Shown here in pieces: positions 42,994 to 51,769 of a DNA stretch of 59,155 nt. Location of the stretch: contig JABDGY010000004.1 in the NCBI GenBank assembly GCA_013285805.1, forward strand, positions 1 to 59,155, read 5' to 3'. The notes beneath the pieces were generated by a model. It saw only the letters and a list, made by a program, of their open reading frames with translations, made no database searches and was not told the origin of the DNA. Made by a program: the position numbers and the translations under genes. Source of the DNA: Bacteroidota bacterium. Lineage in GTDB: Bacteria; Bacteroidota; Bacteroidia; JABEUT01. Each line of letters starts with the position of its first letter. The stretch's first letter is position 1.

Positions 42994-44376
42994 ATGAAGT
43001 CCCTGGCCGGAAAAATATGTTTAGTAGTATTCATTCTGAGTAACTCTGTTTGTTTTTCGCAACAAGGTAAATCTAAGGTGTCTGCTACGGGAATGCATGA
43101 TACAACTGGCTCCAAATGGAAATACGAAGAAAAGGAAGATAAGATGTCGCCTGAGAAAAAGTATTTTGCTGAAGTGTTATCAGATGACAGTATTGATGGC
43201 GGCATTCTTTCTGAAAAATACCAGCATGTAACATTATGCATAAGGAATGAGGAGGGCAAGTCGGAAGTGATGCTATATACCGATAATATACTGTTTGATT
43301 GTGATGCTGAGAAGGGAACGACCTACAGAATGCGTTTCGACAATGAGGAACCATCGCAATATCTTTTCACTCCGGCCACTGAAGGGCAATTAAATGCAGC
43401 ATTCATAAACCCAGCATCTGAGGTAATTGAAAAAATCAAGCACGCTGAGAAGCTGGTGGTCGAAGTAAGTTTTCTTTTGAAAGGTACCTATCAGCTTACT
43501 TTCGATGTGCATGGCCTTGTCTGGAACCATGCCGATAAATCGGCAGAGAATTCAAATGATTTGAAGGTAACCGACGCGATGAAGCACTGGCAGTATTTCG
43601 ATACTACTGATGCAATGACTTCAGAAAAGCAATATGATGTGCTTGTTTATTCTAAGGCCCCTATGGAGTATAAGCCTGCATATAATACAGAAGCATATGC
43701 TTCTTTTTTTCTTTATTATAATGGTAGTGAAAATTACTTTTCTGTTAGATTAGATAAAGGCGCTTTTAATACCAAAGATGATAGTTGCCGTGTGCGGTTT
43801 GATAATAACAAGCCTGCATATTATAAGGTATATTTTCGCGGCTCGGAATACTACTATATCATGGGGTTTTATAAGAAAGATACTTTAATAAGCTTGTTGA
43901 AGAAGGCAAAGAAAATGTTAATTGAAGTGGATATTGATAAGGTTGGGAAGCGCTTGCTTGAGTTTGATGTTGAAGGCCTGAAATGGAATCATAAAAATAT
44001 AAACACAGGCAAGACATTTTCAGGTAGTGCTCCGGTGAAGAAACCCACAAATAATCAAACACCTTTTTATGTTCATAATTCTACTGCAAACCCACCAGAT
44101 TCTTCGTCGGCTTCCGGTAATGATTTTAAAGTATTGAGTACTGATGAAGAAGTAGATATTAATGACGACAACGTTACCCTTGTTTGTAAATGCAGGAATA
44201 CCGGTAAGGGCGAGAAGAGCGTTAAAATTAAAGGTTATTTCATGGATGATACCGGTAAAGTACTTTCAATAAAGGAAGTGTCGGTGGAATGTACCGGGAA
44301 TATGAGCCTTACTACCAGGTTAACGGCCTCAGGCATAGCGAGAAGTTATAAAAAATTCAAGATTGAAATTGAATAA
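42994..44376 (+). CDS. Secreted protein with an internally duplicated domain, inserted between the chaperone and tape-measure genes
   Basis: It has a signal peptide (ICLVVFILSNSVCFSQQ). Two homologous modules end in ..KLVVEVSFLLKGTYQLTFDVHGLVWNH and ..KMLIEVDIDKVGKRLLEFDVEGLKWNH. It has its own TAATATTG promoter-like box upstream. I found no phage structural motif. Confidence 0.65.
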   Translation: MKSLAGKICLVVFILSNSVCFSQQGKSKVSATGMHDTTGSKWKYEEKEDKMSPEKKYFAEVLSDDSIDGGILSEKYQHVTLCIRNEEGKSEVMLYTDNILFDCDAEKGTTYRMRFDNEEPSQYLFTPATEGQLNAAFINPASEVIEKIKHAEKLVVEVSFLLKGTYQLTFDVHGLVWNHADKSAENSNDLKVTDAMKHWQYFDTTDAMTSEKQYDVLVYSKAPMEYKPAYNTEAYASFFLYYNGSENYFSVRLDKGAFNTKDDSCRVRFDNNKPAYYKVYFRGSEYYYIMGFYKKDTLISLLKKAKKMLIEVDIDKVGKRLLEFDVEGLKWNHKNINTGKTFSGSAPVKKPTNNQTPFYVHNSTANPPDSSSASGNDFKVLSTDEEVDINDDNVTLVCKCRNTGKGEKSVKIKGYFMDDTGKVLSIKEVSVECTGNMSLTTRLTASGIARSYKKFKIEIE

Positions 44377-44438
44377 ACAGGAACGGCTATCCTGCTGAAT
44401 CCTGTCCTGACTAAATAAAGTCCTTTACCCCGAATTAA

Positions 44439-44500
44439 GGGGTTGTTAATAAAATAGTAAACATAAAATATATTATAGTAAATATAAAGTATATATTTGC
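44439..44500 (+). promoter_or_regulatory. Weak third copy of the promoter-like motif (upstream of tape-measure block)
   Basis: The sequence is ggggttgttaataaaatagtaaacataaaatatattatagtaaatataaagtatatatttgc. It has the same 62-nt end-to-end spacing from GGGG.TGTT to TATATTTGC as copies 1 and 2. Only about 38/62 positions are identical, in AT-rich sequence. Confidence 0.35.
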
Positions 44501-44522
44501 TTTAATTAAATAACACCACTCT

Positions 44523-45311
44523 ATGACTGACGTTTCCGCACTAAGTGTAAGTATTGAGGTAGACATGTCTGCCTTTATGGAGGCTATGGAAGAAGTTACT
44601 GCTATGCTTATAGCTACAGCAGAAATGTTCGACGAAGTAGCCCGGGATATTTCAAAGGCATTATCGGGTATAAGCGAATCGGGAGGCGAAACCCAGAGCA
44701 CCTTGGAAAAAATTATAAAATTTATTATTGAGGCTGTAGATATATTTAAAACGCTGAAAGAAATAATAAATGGCGTTATAGATGTTTTTAAATTTCTGGG
44801 CCTGGCAGAAGAAGACGCTACGGCAACCACTATTCTTGCTTCATTCCTGGAATTTATGGGTGTGGCTGCAGAATTGGCTACTCCCATTGGCTGGGTAATG
44901 CTGGGGCTAACTTCCATAGCATTGGCCTATTTAGCCTTGCATGATTCAGGAGGGAAGGCGAATGAGGCATTAAGCGATACAAATGATAATGTTAAAGTTA
45001 CCGGCGACAGCATAGAAAATGCTACAGGGAAAGTAATTGAATTTAATAACGCTTTAAACGATACTAACAATATACAATTATCTGCTAAAGAGCCCCCGCC
45101 CGGGGCTGCAATTCATGCAAAGGTTAATGATAATAACGTACCTGTTGATAATGGTACAATTTATTTTAATCAGCAACAGGGCATTATTAATCAAGGTAGC
45201 CAACCCGGCTTAACACAGGGTAGCAGCCTTAGTTCAGGCAGCAATACAAATCCGGATTCATCGGAATCGGATAAACCCATGCAGAATATTGCTGAAAAGT
45301 TTAATGGGTAG
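44523..45311 (+). CDS. Short tape-measure-like protein
   Basis: It occupies the tape-measure position. The N-terminal half is A/E/I/L/M-rich and helical. A hydrophobic segment follows (ATPIGWVMLGLTSIALAYLAL), then an N/Q/S/G/P low-complexity tail. It is only 262 aa. Confidence 0.5.
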   Translation: MTDVSALSVSIEVDMSAFMEAMEEVTAMLIATAEMFDEVARDISKALSGISESGGETQSTLEKIIKFIIEAVDIFKTLKEIINGVIDVFKFLGLAEEDATATTILASFLEFMGVAAELATPIGWVMLGLTSIALAYLALHDSGGKANEALSDTNDNVKVTGDSIENATGKVIEFNNALNDTNNIQLSAKEPPPGAAIHAKVNDNNVPVDNGTIYFNQQQGIINQGSQPGLTQGSSLSSGSNTNPDSSESDKPMQNIAEKFNG

Positions 45312-45368
45312 CCTATATGGATTTTGATAAATTTGCAACCTTATCGGTGATTTTAACCCCAAGTAAGT

Positions 45369-46049
45369 ATGTTGAATAAACTAAGATTAAGAATAGCATT
45401 TGAGCGCTTGAAGGCCCGTTTAGGTCGGCTACCAAATAACCTTAATGGAGAGCAGTTAATGGCTTTTGTATTTTCGAAGGAGGGCAGCTTAATAGAACCT
45501 TGGCAATTTAAGGAGGAACTTTCGCAGTTACTGAAGTTATATGAAGGGAAGAAATTTAAAACCGTACTGGAAATAGGCACTGCAAATGGAGGTATGTTGT
45601 TTCTTCATGCAAGGCTTGCAGCTGATGATGCTTTAATTATGAGCATTGATTTGCCTGGTGGGAAATTTGGTGGAGGATACCCGGAATGGAAGGTGCCGGT
45701 ATATAAAAAGTTTATAAGGCCAGGACAAAGAATAGAGCTTTTAAGGGCAAATTCGCATGAAGAGTCAACTGTAAATAAAGTGAAGGAGATTCTAAAGGGA
45801 AAGAAATTAGATTATTTATTTATTGACGGAGATCATACGTATGAAGGGGTTAAAAAGGATTTTCAAATGTATAGCGAGTTAGTTGGGAGTGGAGGAATGA
45901 TAGTTTTCCATGATATTGCTCCTCATCCTAAGTCTTCGTGTGTAGTAGACCAATTCTGGAATGAAGTGAAACAAAATTTTACCTTTAAAGAGTTTATAAA
46001 ACAGCCAATTGAAAATAAATTTGGAATAGGCGTTTTATTTAAGCAATAG
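45369..46049 (+). CDS. Class I SAM-dependent methyltransferase (Methyltransf_24/CmcI-like)
   Basis: It carries SAM-binding motif I (VLEIGTANGGMLFL), a post-I acidic residue (IMSIDL) and ..DYLFIDGDHTYEGVKKDFQMY..GGMIVFHDI. Confidence 0.7.
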   Translation: MLNKLRLRIAFERLKARLGRLPNNLNGEQLMAFVFSKEGSLIEPWQFKEELSQLLKLYEGKKFKTVLEIGTANGGMLFLHARLAADDALIMSIDLPGGKFGGGYPEWKVPVYKKFIRPGQRIELLRANSHEESTVNKVKEILKGKKLDYLFIDGDHTYEGVKKDFQMYSELVGSGGMIVFHDIAPHPKSSCVVDQFWNEVKQNFTFKEFIKQPIENKFGIGVLFKQ

Positions 46050-46141
46050 GATAATACGAAACCACAATACAGGTAAATACCTGGCACAGATAAAATAGTT
46101 TTAACATAAATGCCCTAATGGGCATTTAATACCACTTTAAT

Positions 46142-46396
46142 ATGATGAATACCGAACATATTCAGCATGAGGACCCTCGTGTAATATTCCTTATGCTTAT
46201 TACGCTTTTATGCGGCTCGGCCGGAAGGATGCTGGGCGATTTAAAACCACTAATAGATGGCATAGTGCTATTGGGCACTGCCAAAACTGCCTTTCATTAT
46301 ACTATGGAAGTAACACAATGGCTTTGCTATGTTACCTCGTTTATAGTGGGGCTAATAACGATTTATAAATTTTTTAACAGAAAAAATGGACATTAA
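46142..46396 (+). CDS. Holin-like small membrane protein
   Basis: It is 84 aa with 2-3 hydrophobic helices and a basic C-terminus (FFNRKNGH). It overlaps the start of the lysin gene by 11 nt. Confidence 0.5.
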   Translation: MMNTEHIQHEDPRVIFLMLITLLCGSAGRMLGDLKPLIDGIVLLGTAKTAFHYTMEVTQWLCYVTSFIVGLITIYKFFNRKNGH

Positions 46397-46868
46397 TAAA
46401 GCATTTACTATCCTCCTTGGTTTTGAAGGAGGAATATCAAATAACCCCAATGACAAAGGAGGGTTGACAAAGTATGGAATCAGCAAGGCTTCTTACCCTG
46501 ATGTGGATATAGCCAACCTGACAGAAGAAAAGGCAAAAGACATATATACAACTGATTATTGGGAAGCAGCAGGCTGCGATCTTGTGAAAGATGAGCTCCG
46601 GTATGCTTTGTTTGATACTGCTGTAAACATGGGGGTAAAAGAAGCCATTAAATTGCTTCAGCAGGCTTGCGGGGCAGCAATAGATGGTGCATTAGGTGCA
46701 GAAACCCTCGGTAAAAGCAATACTATAACTATTGCTGACTACCTGCTATGCAGGCTTTTACGGTATAACGCAATAATGGATGCGAATACATCGCAAATTG
46801 TCTTTCGCAAAGGATGGACAAGCAGGGTTGCAGCCATATATAATATGCAGAAGCAAGGTCAGGTATAA
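46386..46868 (+). CDS. GH108-family lysozyme with a peptidoglycan-binding domain (endolysin-like)
   Basis: The N-terminus FTILLGFEGGISNNPNDKGGLTKYGIS has the catalytic EGG..D.GG.T.yGI signature of GH108. The C-terminal part reads LFDTAVNMGVKEAIKLLQQACGAAIDGALGAETL (PG_binding_3-like). Confidence 0.85.
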   Translation: MDINKAFTILLGFEGGISNNPNDKGGLTKYGISKASYPDVDIANLTEEKAKDIYTTDYWEAAGCDLVKDELRYALFDTAVNMGVKEAIKLLQQACGAAIDGALGAETLGKSNTITIADYLLCRLLRYNAIMDANTSQIVFRKGWTSRVAAIYNMQKQGQV

Positions 46869-46999
46869 TGGCTATTTTGGGCATTATTTACGTTAATTGT
46901 GTGGTTATAAGGGGTAATTACTGTCAAAAACCAGAAAAAATAGCTTGGAAATGAAAACTTATTATACTTTTACAGCATAATTAATTTAAAATTTTCCCA

Positions 47000-47494
47000 A
47001 TGAAAACTAAAAAACTTATTCTGTTAACTGTAATTCTCTGTGCTGCTTTTTTTGCCTATAATTGTGGTAGCGGTGGCGCCAGCAAAATGATTGCTAAAAA
47101 ATGGCAATTTGAATCAATGAAGAGCGATGCCATGGACAAACAAATGGCTGCCGTTAAGCAACAAATGGACACAACCAAGGACAGCGCTACCAGGGCAATG
47201 CTTCAAAGCAATTTGAAAATGGTAGATGAAATGATGTCGAGCATGAAAAGCATGACCCTTGAGTATAAAGCTGATGGTACATATGAAGAAGCTGCAACAG
47301 CAATGGGCCAAAGCCAAACAGAAAAAGGTAAATGGTCAGTTTCTGCTGATGGAAAGAAGCTTATGCAAACTCCTGATGGCAAAGATAAAACCGATACTCT
47401 TGATATCAATACAATTTCTGACGATCAATTAGTTCTGGGCCACAAAGAACAAACCGGCGGAAATATGTCGATGACAATGAAGGCAGTTAAGTAA
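47000..47494 (+). CDS. Lipocalin-like lipoprotein (paralogue A)
   Basis: It has a lipoprotein signal (LCAAFFAYNCGSG). The pattern KKWQFESMKSDAMDKQMA..TLEYKADGTY..GKWSVSADGKKL is colinear with 47594..48073. Confidence 0.65.
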   Translation: MKTKKLILLTVILCAAFFAYNCGSGGASKMIAKKWQFESMKSDAMDKQMAAVKQQMDTTKDSATRAMLQSNLKMVDEMMSSMKSMTLEYKADGTYEEAATAMGQSQTEKGKWSVSADGKKLMQTPDGKDKTDTLDINTISDDQLVLGHKEQTGGNMSMTMKAVK

Positions 47495-47515
47495 TAAGTT
47501 TTGCTTATATACTAT

Positions 47516-47550
47516 AAAAAAAAGCCCCGTATCAGGGGCTGTTTTTATTT
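47516..47550 (+). terminator. Rho-independent terminator
   Basis: The sequence aaaaaaaagccccgtatcaggggctgtttttattt has the stem agcccc/ggggct followed by a T-run. Confidence 0.75.
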
Positions 47551-47593
47551 GTAGTAATTCATATATATTTGCGGTAGTTCAAATTAAAAACTA

Positions 47594-48073
47594 ATGAAAA
47601 CCAAAGTACTTTTTATTGCCGTATGCTCAGTTATAGCGCTGTATAGTTGCTCAGGGAGCCTTAACCCGGCAAAGCTGTTTACAAAGAAATGGCAACTGGA
47701 ATCAATTAAAAGCAAGGCCATGGATGACCGCATGGCACAGCTTAAAATGGAGGCAGATACAACCAAAGACAGTACCATGAAGGCAATGGACCTTCAGCAA
47801 ATACAGTCGCAGGGAGCTATGACTGAAATGCTGAAGAATATGACCTTTGAATACCGTGGCGACGGTACTTACCAGACTTCGGTTTCGGTATTCGGGCAAA
47901 CGCAAAACTCGAATGGCAAATGGACTTTAATAGCTGACGGCAAAAAGGTAATTACTACCGACGATAAAGGGAAAATAGATACAATGACCATAAATAAAAT
48001 GACCAGCGATACACTTATTGTAAGTTCATCAGATAACACAATAAGTATGACATTTAAGCCGGCAAAGTCATAG
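47594..48073 (+). CDS. Lipocalin-like lipoprotein (paralogue B)
   Basis: It has a lipoprotein signal (VIALYSCSGS). The pattern reads KKWQLESIKSKAMDDRMA..TFEYRGDGTY..GKWTLIADGKKV. Confidence 0.65.
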   Translation: MKTKVLFIAVCSVIALYSCSGSLNPAKLFTKKWQLESIKSKAMDDRMAQLKMEADTTKDSTMKAMDLQQIQSQGAMTEMLKNMTFEYRGDGTYQTSVSVFGQTQNSNGKWTLIADGKKVITTDDKGKIDTMTINKMTSDTLIVSSSDNTISMTFKPAKS

Positions 48074-48094
48074 TATTGGATATATTATTAAGTT

Positions 48095-48132
48095 AAGCCT
48101 TCCTGTTGATTGCAGGGAGGCTTTCCTGTTTT
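48095..48132 (+). terminator. Rho-independent terminator
   Basis: The stem is aagccttcctg / ttgattg / cagggaggctt, followed by tcctgtttt. Confidence 0.65.
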
Positions 48133-48236
48133 ATAAGGGCCCCGAAGTTCATGATAACCATCATCTCATGGGTTGACTTCAGTCATTGAAAAGCGGGCGT
48201 CCTTAGGGTACCTTTACAATTATAAAAAGAGAAGGT

Positions 48237-48443
48237 ATGAAAACACGTATTAGCATATTAATGATAGTGACGCTGATGGTTTCAATGACTTTTACTAAGC
48301 CGGTAATAGCGCAGCAAAAGAGCACCCAGAACAGTGAACAACTAAAAAAGGAGAAAAAGGAAGAAGAAAAGAGGCAAAAGCAGGAAGAAAAGAGGAATAA
48401 AAAGGCTGCAAAGGGATTAAGAAATGACAATCCATATTATTGA
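48237..48443 (+). CDS. Small secreted K/E-rich protein
   Basis: It has a signal peptide (ILMIVTLMVSMTFTKPVIAQQ) followed by a highly charged KKEKKEEEKRQKQEEKR tail. The coding status is uncertain. Confidence 0.4.
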   Translation: MKTRISILMIVTLMVSMTFTKPVIAQQKSTQNSEQLKKEKKEEEKRQKQEEKRNKKAAKGLRNDNPYY

Positions 48444-48567
48444 GAGGCTTATAAGTTATTGGAGATTATTGTAAGGTAGCGGAAGGCGGTTAAAATTGCC
48501 ATTCCGCTTCTTTATTTATAGGTTCCTTAACGGAATATTCAGTATAATTGAGGGGTAAAAATGAGCT

Positions 48568-49530
48568 ATGGAAGAACCTTATCCATCAAAAGATATTATT
48601 GAGGAAGCTGCGAGGCGAATAGTGCCTTTTGTCCACCGAACCCCCATTATGACCAGTAGCAGCATTAATGCTATAACAGGTTTACAGCTATTCCTGAAGT
48701 GTGAGAATTTTCAAAAGGTGGGGGCATTTAAATACCGCGGAGCTACCAATGCGGTTTTGACACTAAGCGAAGCTGAGAAGAAGAACGGAGTTGCCACACA
48801 TTCATCGGGTAATCATGCCCAGGCATTGGCACTGGCAGCACGGAATAATGGTATAAAGGCATATATTGTAATGCCTGAGAACTCCACTGCCGTGAAGATG
48901 GAAGCCGTAAGAGGATATGGAGCTGAAGTGATTACTTGTGTTCCTACTCAAAAGGCCCGTGAAGACACTCTGGCAGAAGTAGTTAAAAGAACCGGCGCGA
49001 CCTTTATACATCCTTATAACAATTACCGTATTATTGCGGGACAGGCAACCGCTGCTAAAGAGCTTATAGAAGAAGTAAAAGACCTTGATATAGTAATGGC
49101 TCCGGTTGGAGGAGGAGGATTGTTGAGCGGAACCGCTTTATCAACGCATTACTTTGCACCTTCTGCGACTGTTATAGCCGGAGAGCCTGCTAATGCCGAC
49201 GATGCATATCGCTCCTTACAGAAAGGTGAGATGCAGGAAGCCGTGCCGCCTAACACCATTGCCGATGGACTGCTTACTTCGCTTGGCGATAAGACTTTTG
49301 CCATAATACAGAAGCATGTAAAGGAGATTGTGACCGTTACTGAAGAGGAGATAATTGCCGCTATGCGTTTGGTATGGGAGCGGATGAAGATAATTATTGA
49401 ACCTTCGAGCGCGGTGCCTGTGGCTGCAGCTATAAAAATTAAAGAACATTTAAAAGGAAAGAGAATAGGCATAATAATAAGCGGCGGAAATGTAGATTTG
49501 ACAAACCTTCCATTTAAAAAACACATATAA
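48568..49530 (+). CDS. PLP-dependent threonine/serine dehydratase (serine racemase-like fold type II enzyme)
   Basis: It has the PLP-lysine motif LKCENFQKVGAFKYRGATNA, plus HSSGNHAQALALAA and the glycine loop APVGGGGLLSG. Confidence 0.8.
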   Translation: MEEPYPSKDIIEEAARRIVPFVHRTPIMTSSSINAITGLQLFLKCENFQKVGAFKYRGATNAVLTLSEAEKKNGVATHSSGNHAQALALAARNNGIKAYIVMPENSTAVKMEAVRGYGAEVITCVPTQKAREDTLAEVVKRTGATFIHPYNNYRIIAGQATAAKELIEEVKDLDIVMAPVGGGGLLSGTALSTHYFAPSATVIAGEPANADDAYRSLQKGEMQEAVPPNTIADGLLTSLGDKTFAIIQKHVKEIVTVTEEEIIAAMRLVWERMKIIIEPSSAVPVAAAIKIKEHLKGKRIGIIISGGNVDLTNLPFKKHI

Positions 49531-49533
49531 TAT

Positions 49534-49956
49534 ATGAACAACATCAGGCCGTTTCATGTAGCATTCCCGGTTAATAATTTAGAAGCTACACGCAGTTTTT
49601 ATGCCATTGTGCTGGGCTGCAAAGTAGGACGCAGTGCCGAGCGCTGGATAGACTTCGACCTATATGGCCACCAGATTTCGGCACATTTGGTTGATGAGGA
49701 CCGTAAAGCCGCCGCTACCAATGCAGTCGATGGCAAGAATGTGCCTGTACTGCACTGGGGCGTTATACTGGAATGGGGCCAGTGGGATACCCTTGCTGAG
49801 CGCCTGAAACAACATGGTATTAAATTCGTGATTGAGCCATATATAAGGTTTAAAGGTGAAGTAGGTGAGCAGGCTACTATGTTTTTCCTCGACCCAAGCG
49901 GCAATGCCCTTGAATTTAAGTCGTTCAAGAATGATGCCTCTATATTCGCAACTTAG
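49534..49956 (+). CDS. VOC (glyoxalase/bleomycin-resistance/dioxygenase) family protein
   Basis: [23 protein letters not shown] and ..[13 protein letters not shown] are typical VOC beta-alpha-beta-beta-beta modules. Confidence 0.7.
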   Translation: MNNIRPFHVAFPVNNLEATRSFYAIVLGCKVGRSAERWIDFDLYGHQISAHLVDEDRKAAATNAVDGKNVPVLHWGVILEWGQWDTLAERLKQHGIKFVIEPYIRFKGEVGEQATMFFLDPSGNALEFKSFKNDASIFAT

Positions 49957-49959
49957 TTA

Positions 49960-50060
49960 AAAGTTCATAAAGTTTATAAAGTCTAAAGGTTGCGGAGATT
50001 GAGTGTATTAAATAGTAGTGGTAACTTTTAGCTTTAAGAACTTTAGAAACTTTACAAACT
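49960..50060. repeat. Word-hairpin (AAGTTCATAAAGT family) between convergent genes
   Basis: The left arm is aaagttcataaagtttataaagtctaaaggt. The right arm is aacttttagctttaagaactttagaaactttacaaact. Confidence 0.65.
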
Positions 50061-51769
50061 CACTTAGCGTATTTCTCTTTACGTATCCACGCCCATACCA
50101 TACCCAGTAACATAATTAGGGCAACGGGTATAACCATATTTATTACCTGCCATTGGGTGCGGTATGTAGCTGCCTTAACTCCGTCGAGCATGCGGAGCTG
50201 CAACTGCTTGGTGCGTATGGTAAGCAGGGCGCTGTCGCCGCAGAGGTAATTCATAGCATTAACTATAAAATCTTTGTTGCCAAATTGTTGTTTGGTGTAA
50301 ATATCATATCCCAGCGGGTAGGCGAATTTCTCGCCATCTTTTACATTTGCATTGTTGGCTATTACATCACCATCGCCCACTACTATCATAGCCGTCTGGG
50401 CGCCATCGTAAACAGGATTCAGTACTCTTAATGAATCGGGGTTCATTGCTATACGGCCTTTGTAAGCCGAGGTAAATTTGCCTTCGAGCAATACCGCTAC
50501 AGGCTGAAAATGCTGTGTAAATTCCCGCTGGTCAGGCTGGTCGAGGGCCATGGCCAGGGCAATACGCACAGGGGCGTTGAGCAGCCTTGTGAATTTTGAG
50601 GTACGTAATAATATGGTTTTCTTAATACCCGGTTTTGCTATAGTGTCAACCGTTGCGGCAATATTAAGTTCCACATAATTCAGGTTCTTAACTATAGGGT
50701 TGTCACTATTTGATGATATAAGCGGTTCAAACAGCCAGGGTTTTAGTTCCCACTTAGGTTCCTGGCCTCTGAATGCAGTATTCATAGGTATTGCAGACGA
50801 CTGCGCATCGAGAATTACGTTGTTGTTAACCCTAACACCATACCTGAAAAGCTGGTCCTCGAGATTCAGGTTGTTAGGGAACGCCATGGTAATACCATTC
50901 ATAGCAAGGCTATCCATAGGGGTGTAAAGCGGGTCAATAAGCCACATTACCTTTCCGCCGTGCATAATAAACTGGTCAATTATATAAGCATCTTTATCAT
51001 CAATGGGCATAGTTGGCTTGGCAATAATAATTGCCTTGCACATTTGCAATCCTTTCAGCATGTGGTTTATGTGCAGCAGTCGCACGTCGTAATATTCCGA
51101 TAAGGCTCCTATGGCCCCGGCAAGGTGTATTGAATCAAGCTCGCCCTGGCCCTGTATAAAGGCTACAACGGGTTTGGTGTTAAGGTCAATTTTATGTATG
51201 GCGTTATCAATATCATATTCCAGGGCTTCAATGGAATTGTTCAACTGTGTCTGAGGGTTGGCATCCATTTTCCTTTCCATAAGGTTAATGGGCATTTGCC
51301 GCCCCTTATAGGATAACAGAGCTCCCGGCCATATAATGCTTTCTGAATTGCCGCTACTCTGTTTTACGTGCAGGTCCAATGGTTCAAGCCCGTTCTCATA
51401 AAGCTGGTGAAACAAAGCCTCCTTATTGGCAGGGTCAGCAGAAGGGTTTATAAATTCGTATTGTACATTATTGTTTGAATAGGCCTTAAACTCATCCAGC
51501 ATCTCTTTCGTTTCATCGCGTAGGTGCACAAAACCGGCGGGCAAATCTTTACCATCGAGATAAACCTTGAAGAAGGCGACATCCTTCATGTTCTTAGCAA
51601 TCTCCTTCGATTGGGGTGAAAGCGTATAGCGGTTTTCCGATGTCAGGTCGAAGCGGTGAAATACAAACGAACCTACAATGTTACAAAGCACCAATGCAAC
51701 CACACTCAGGGCAAGGCGCATAATATCGCGTCGCTTATTCATGCGGTTATGTGTGGCTTCCTTTACCAT
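50060..51769 (-). CDS. gldG: Gliding-motility ABC transporter auxiliary component GldG-like
   Basis: It has an N-terminal TM helix, then FDLTSENRYTLSPQSKEI.., a large periplasmic domain and a C-terminal TM anchor (VINMVIPVALIMLLGMVWAWI). It overlaps the stop of the upstream gldF-like permease. An alternative start lies at 51742. Confidence 0.75.
   Translation of the reverse strand: MVKEATHNRMNKRRDIMRLALSVVALVLCNIVGSFVFHRFDLTSENRYTLSPQSKEIAKNMKDVAFFKVYLDGKDLPAGFVHLRDETKEMLDEFKAYSNNNVQYEFINPSADPANKEALFHQLYENGLEPLDLHVKQSSGNSESIIWPGALLSYKGRQMPINLMERKMDANPQTQLNNSIEALEYDIDNAIHKIDLNTKPVVAFIQGQGELDSIHLAGAIGALSEYYDVRLLHINHMLKGLQMCKAIIIAKPTMPIDDKDAYIIDQFIMHGGKVMWLIDPLYTPMDSLAMNGITMAFPNNLNLEDQLFRYGVRVNNNVILDAQSSAIPMNTAFRGQEPKWELKPWLFEPLISSNSDNPIVKNLNYVELNIAATVDTIAKPGIKKTILLRTSKFTRLLNAPVRIALAMALDQPDQREFTQHFQPVAVLLEGKFTSAYKGRIAMNPDSLRVLNPVYDGAQTAMIVVGDGDVIANNANVKDGEKFAYPLGYDIYTKQQFGNKDFIVNAMNYLCGDSALLTIRTKQLQLRMLDGVKAATYRTQWQVINMVIPVALIMLLGMVWAWIRKEKYAK

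Noticed and set aside
44435-44917. 160-aa minus-strand ORF antisense to the tape-measure-like gene, and similar antisense ORFs in the capsid (24837..25144), chaperone (42199..42621) and PP2C genes.
   Set aside because: They fully overlap better-supported plus-strand genes that sit in a coherent operon. Their products are low-complexity (S/I/A-rich), and they have no promoter or start context.
23461-47000. Interpretation as a single intact, inducible prophage.
   Set aside because: The window has no integrase, repressor, replication, terminase, portal or tail-tip genes, and no tRNA or att-like direct repeats at the edges. The structural genes are interrupted by about 13.5 kb of bidirectionally transcribed cellular genes. 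A decaying remnant cannot be excluded. However, the intact ORFs, the preserved frameshift site and the shared promoter motif argue against simple decay.
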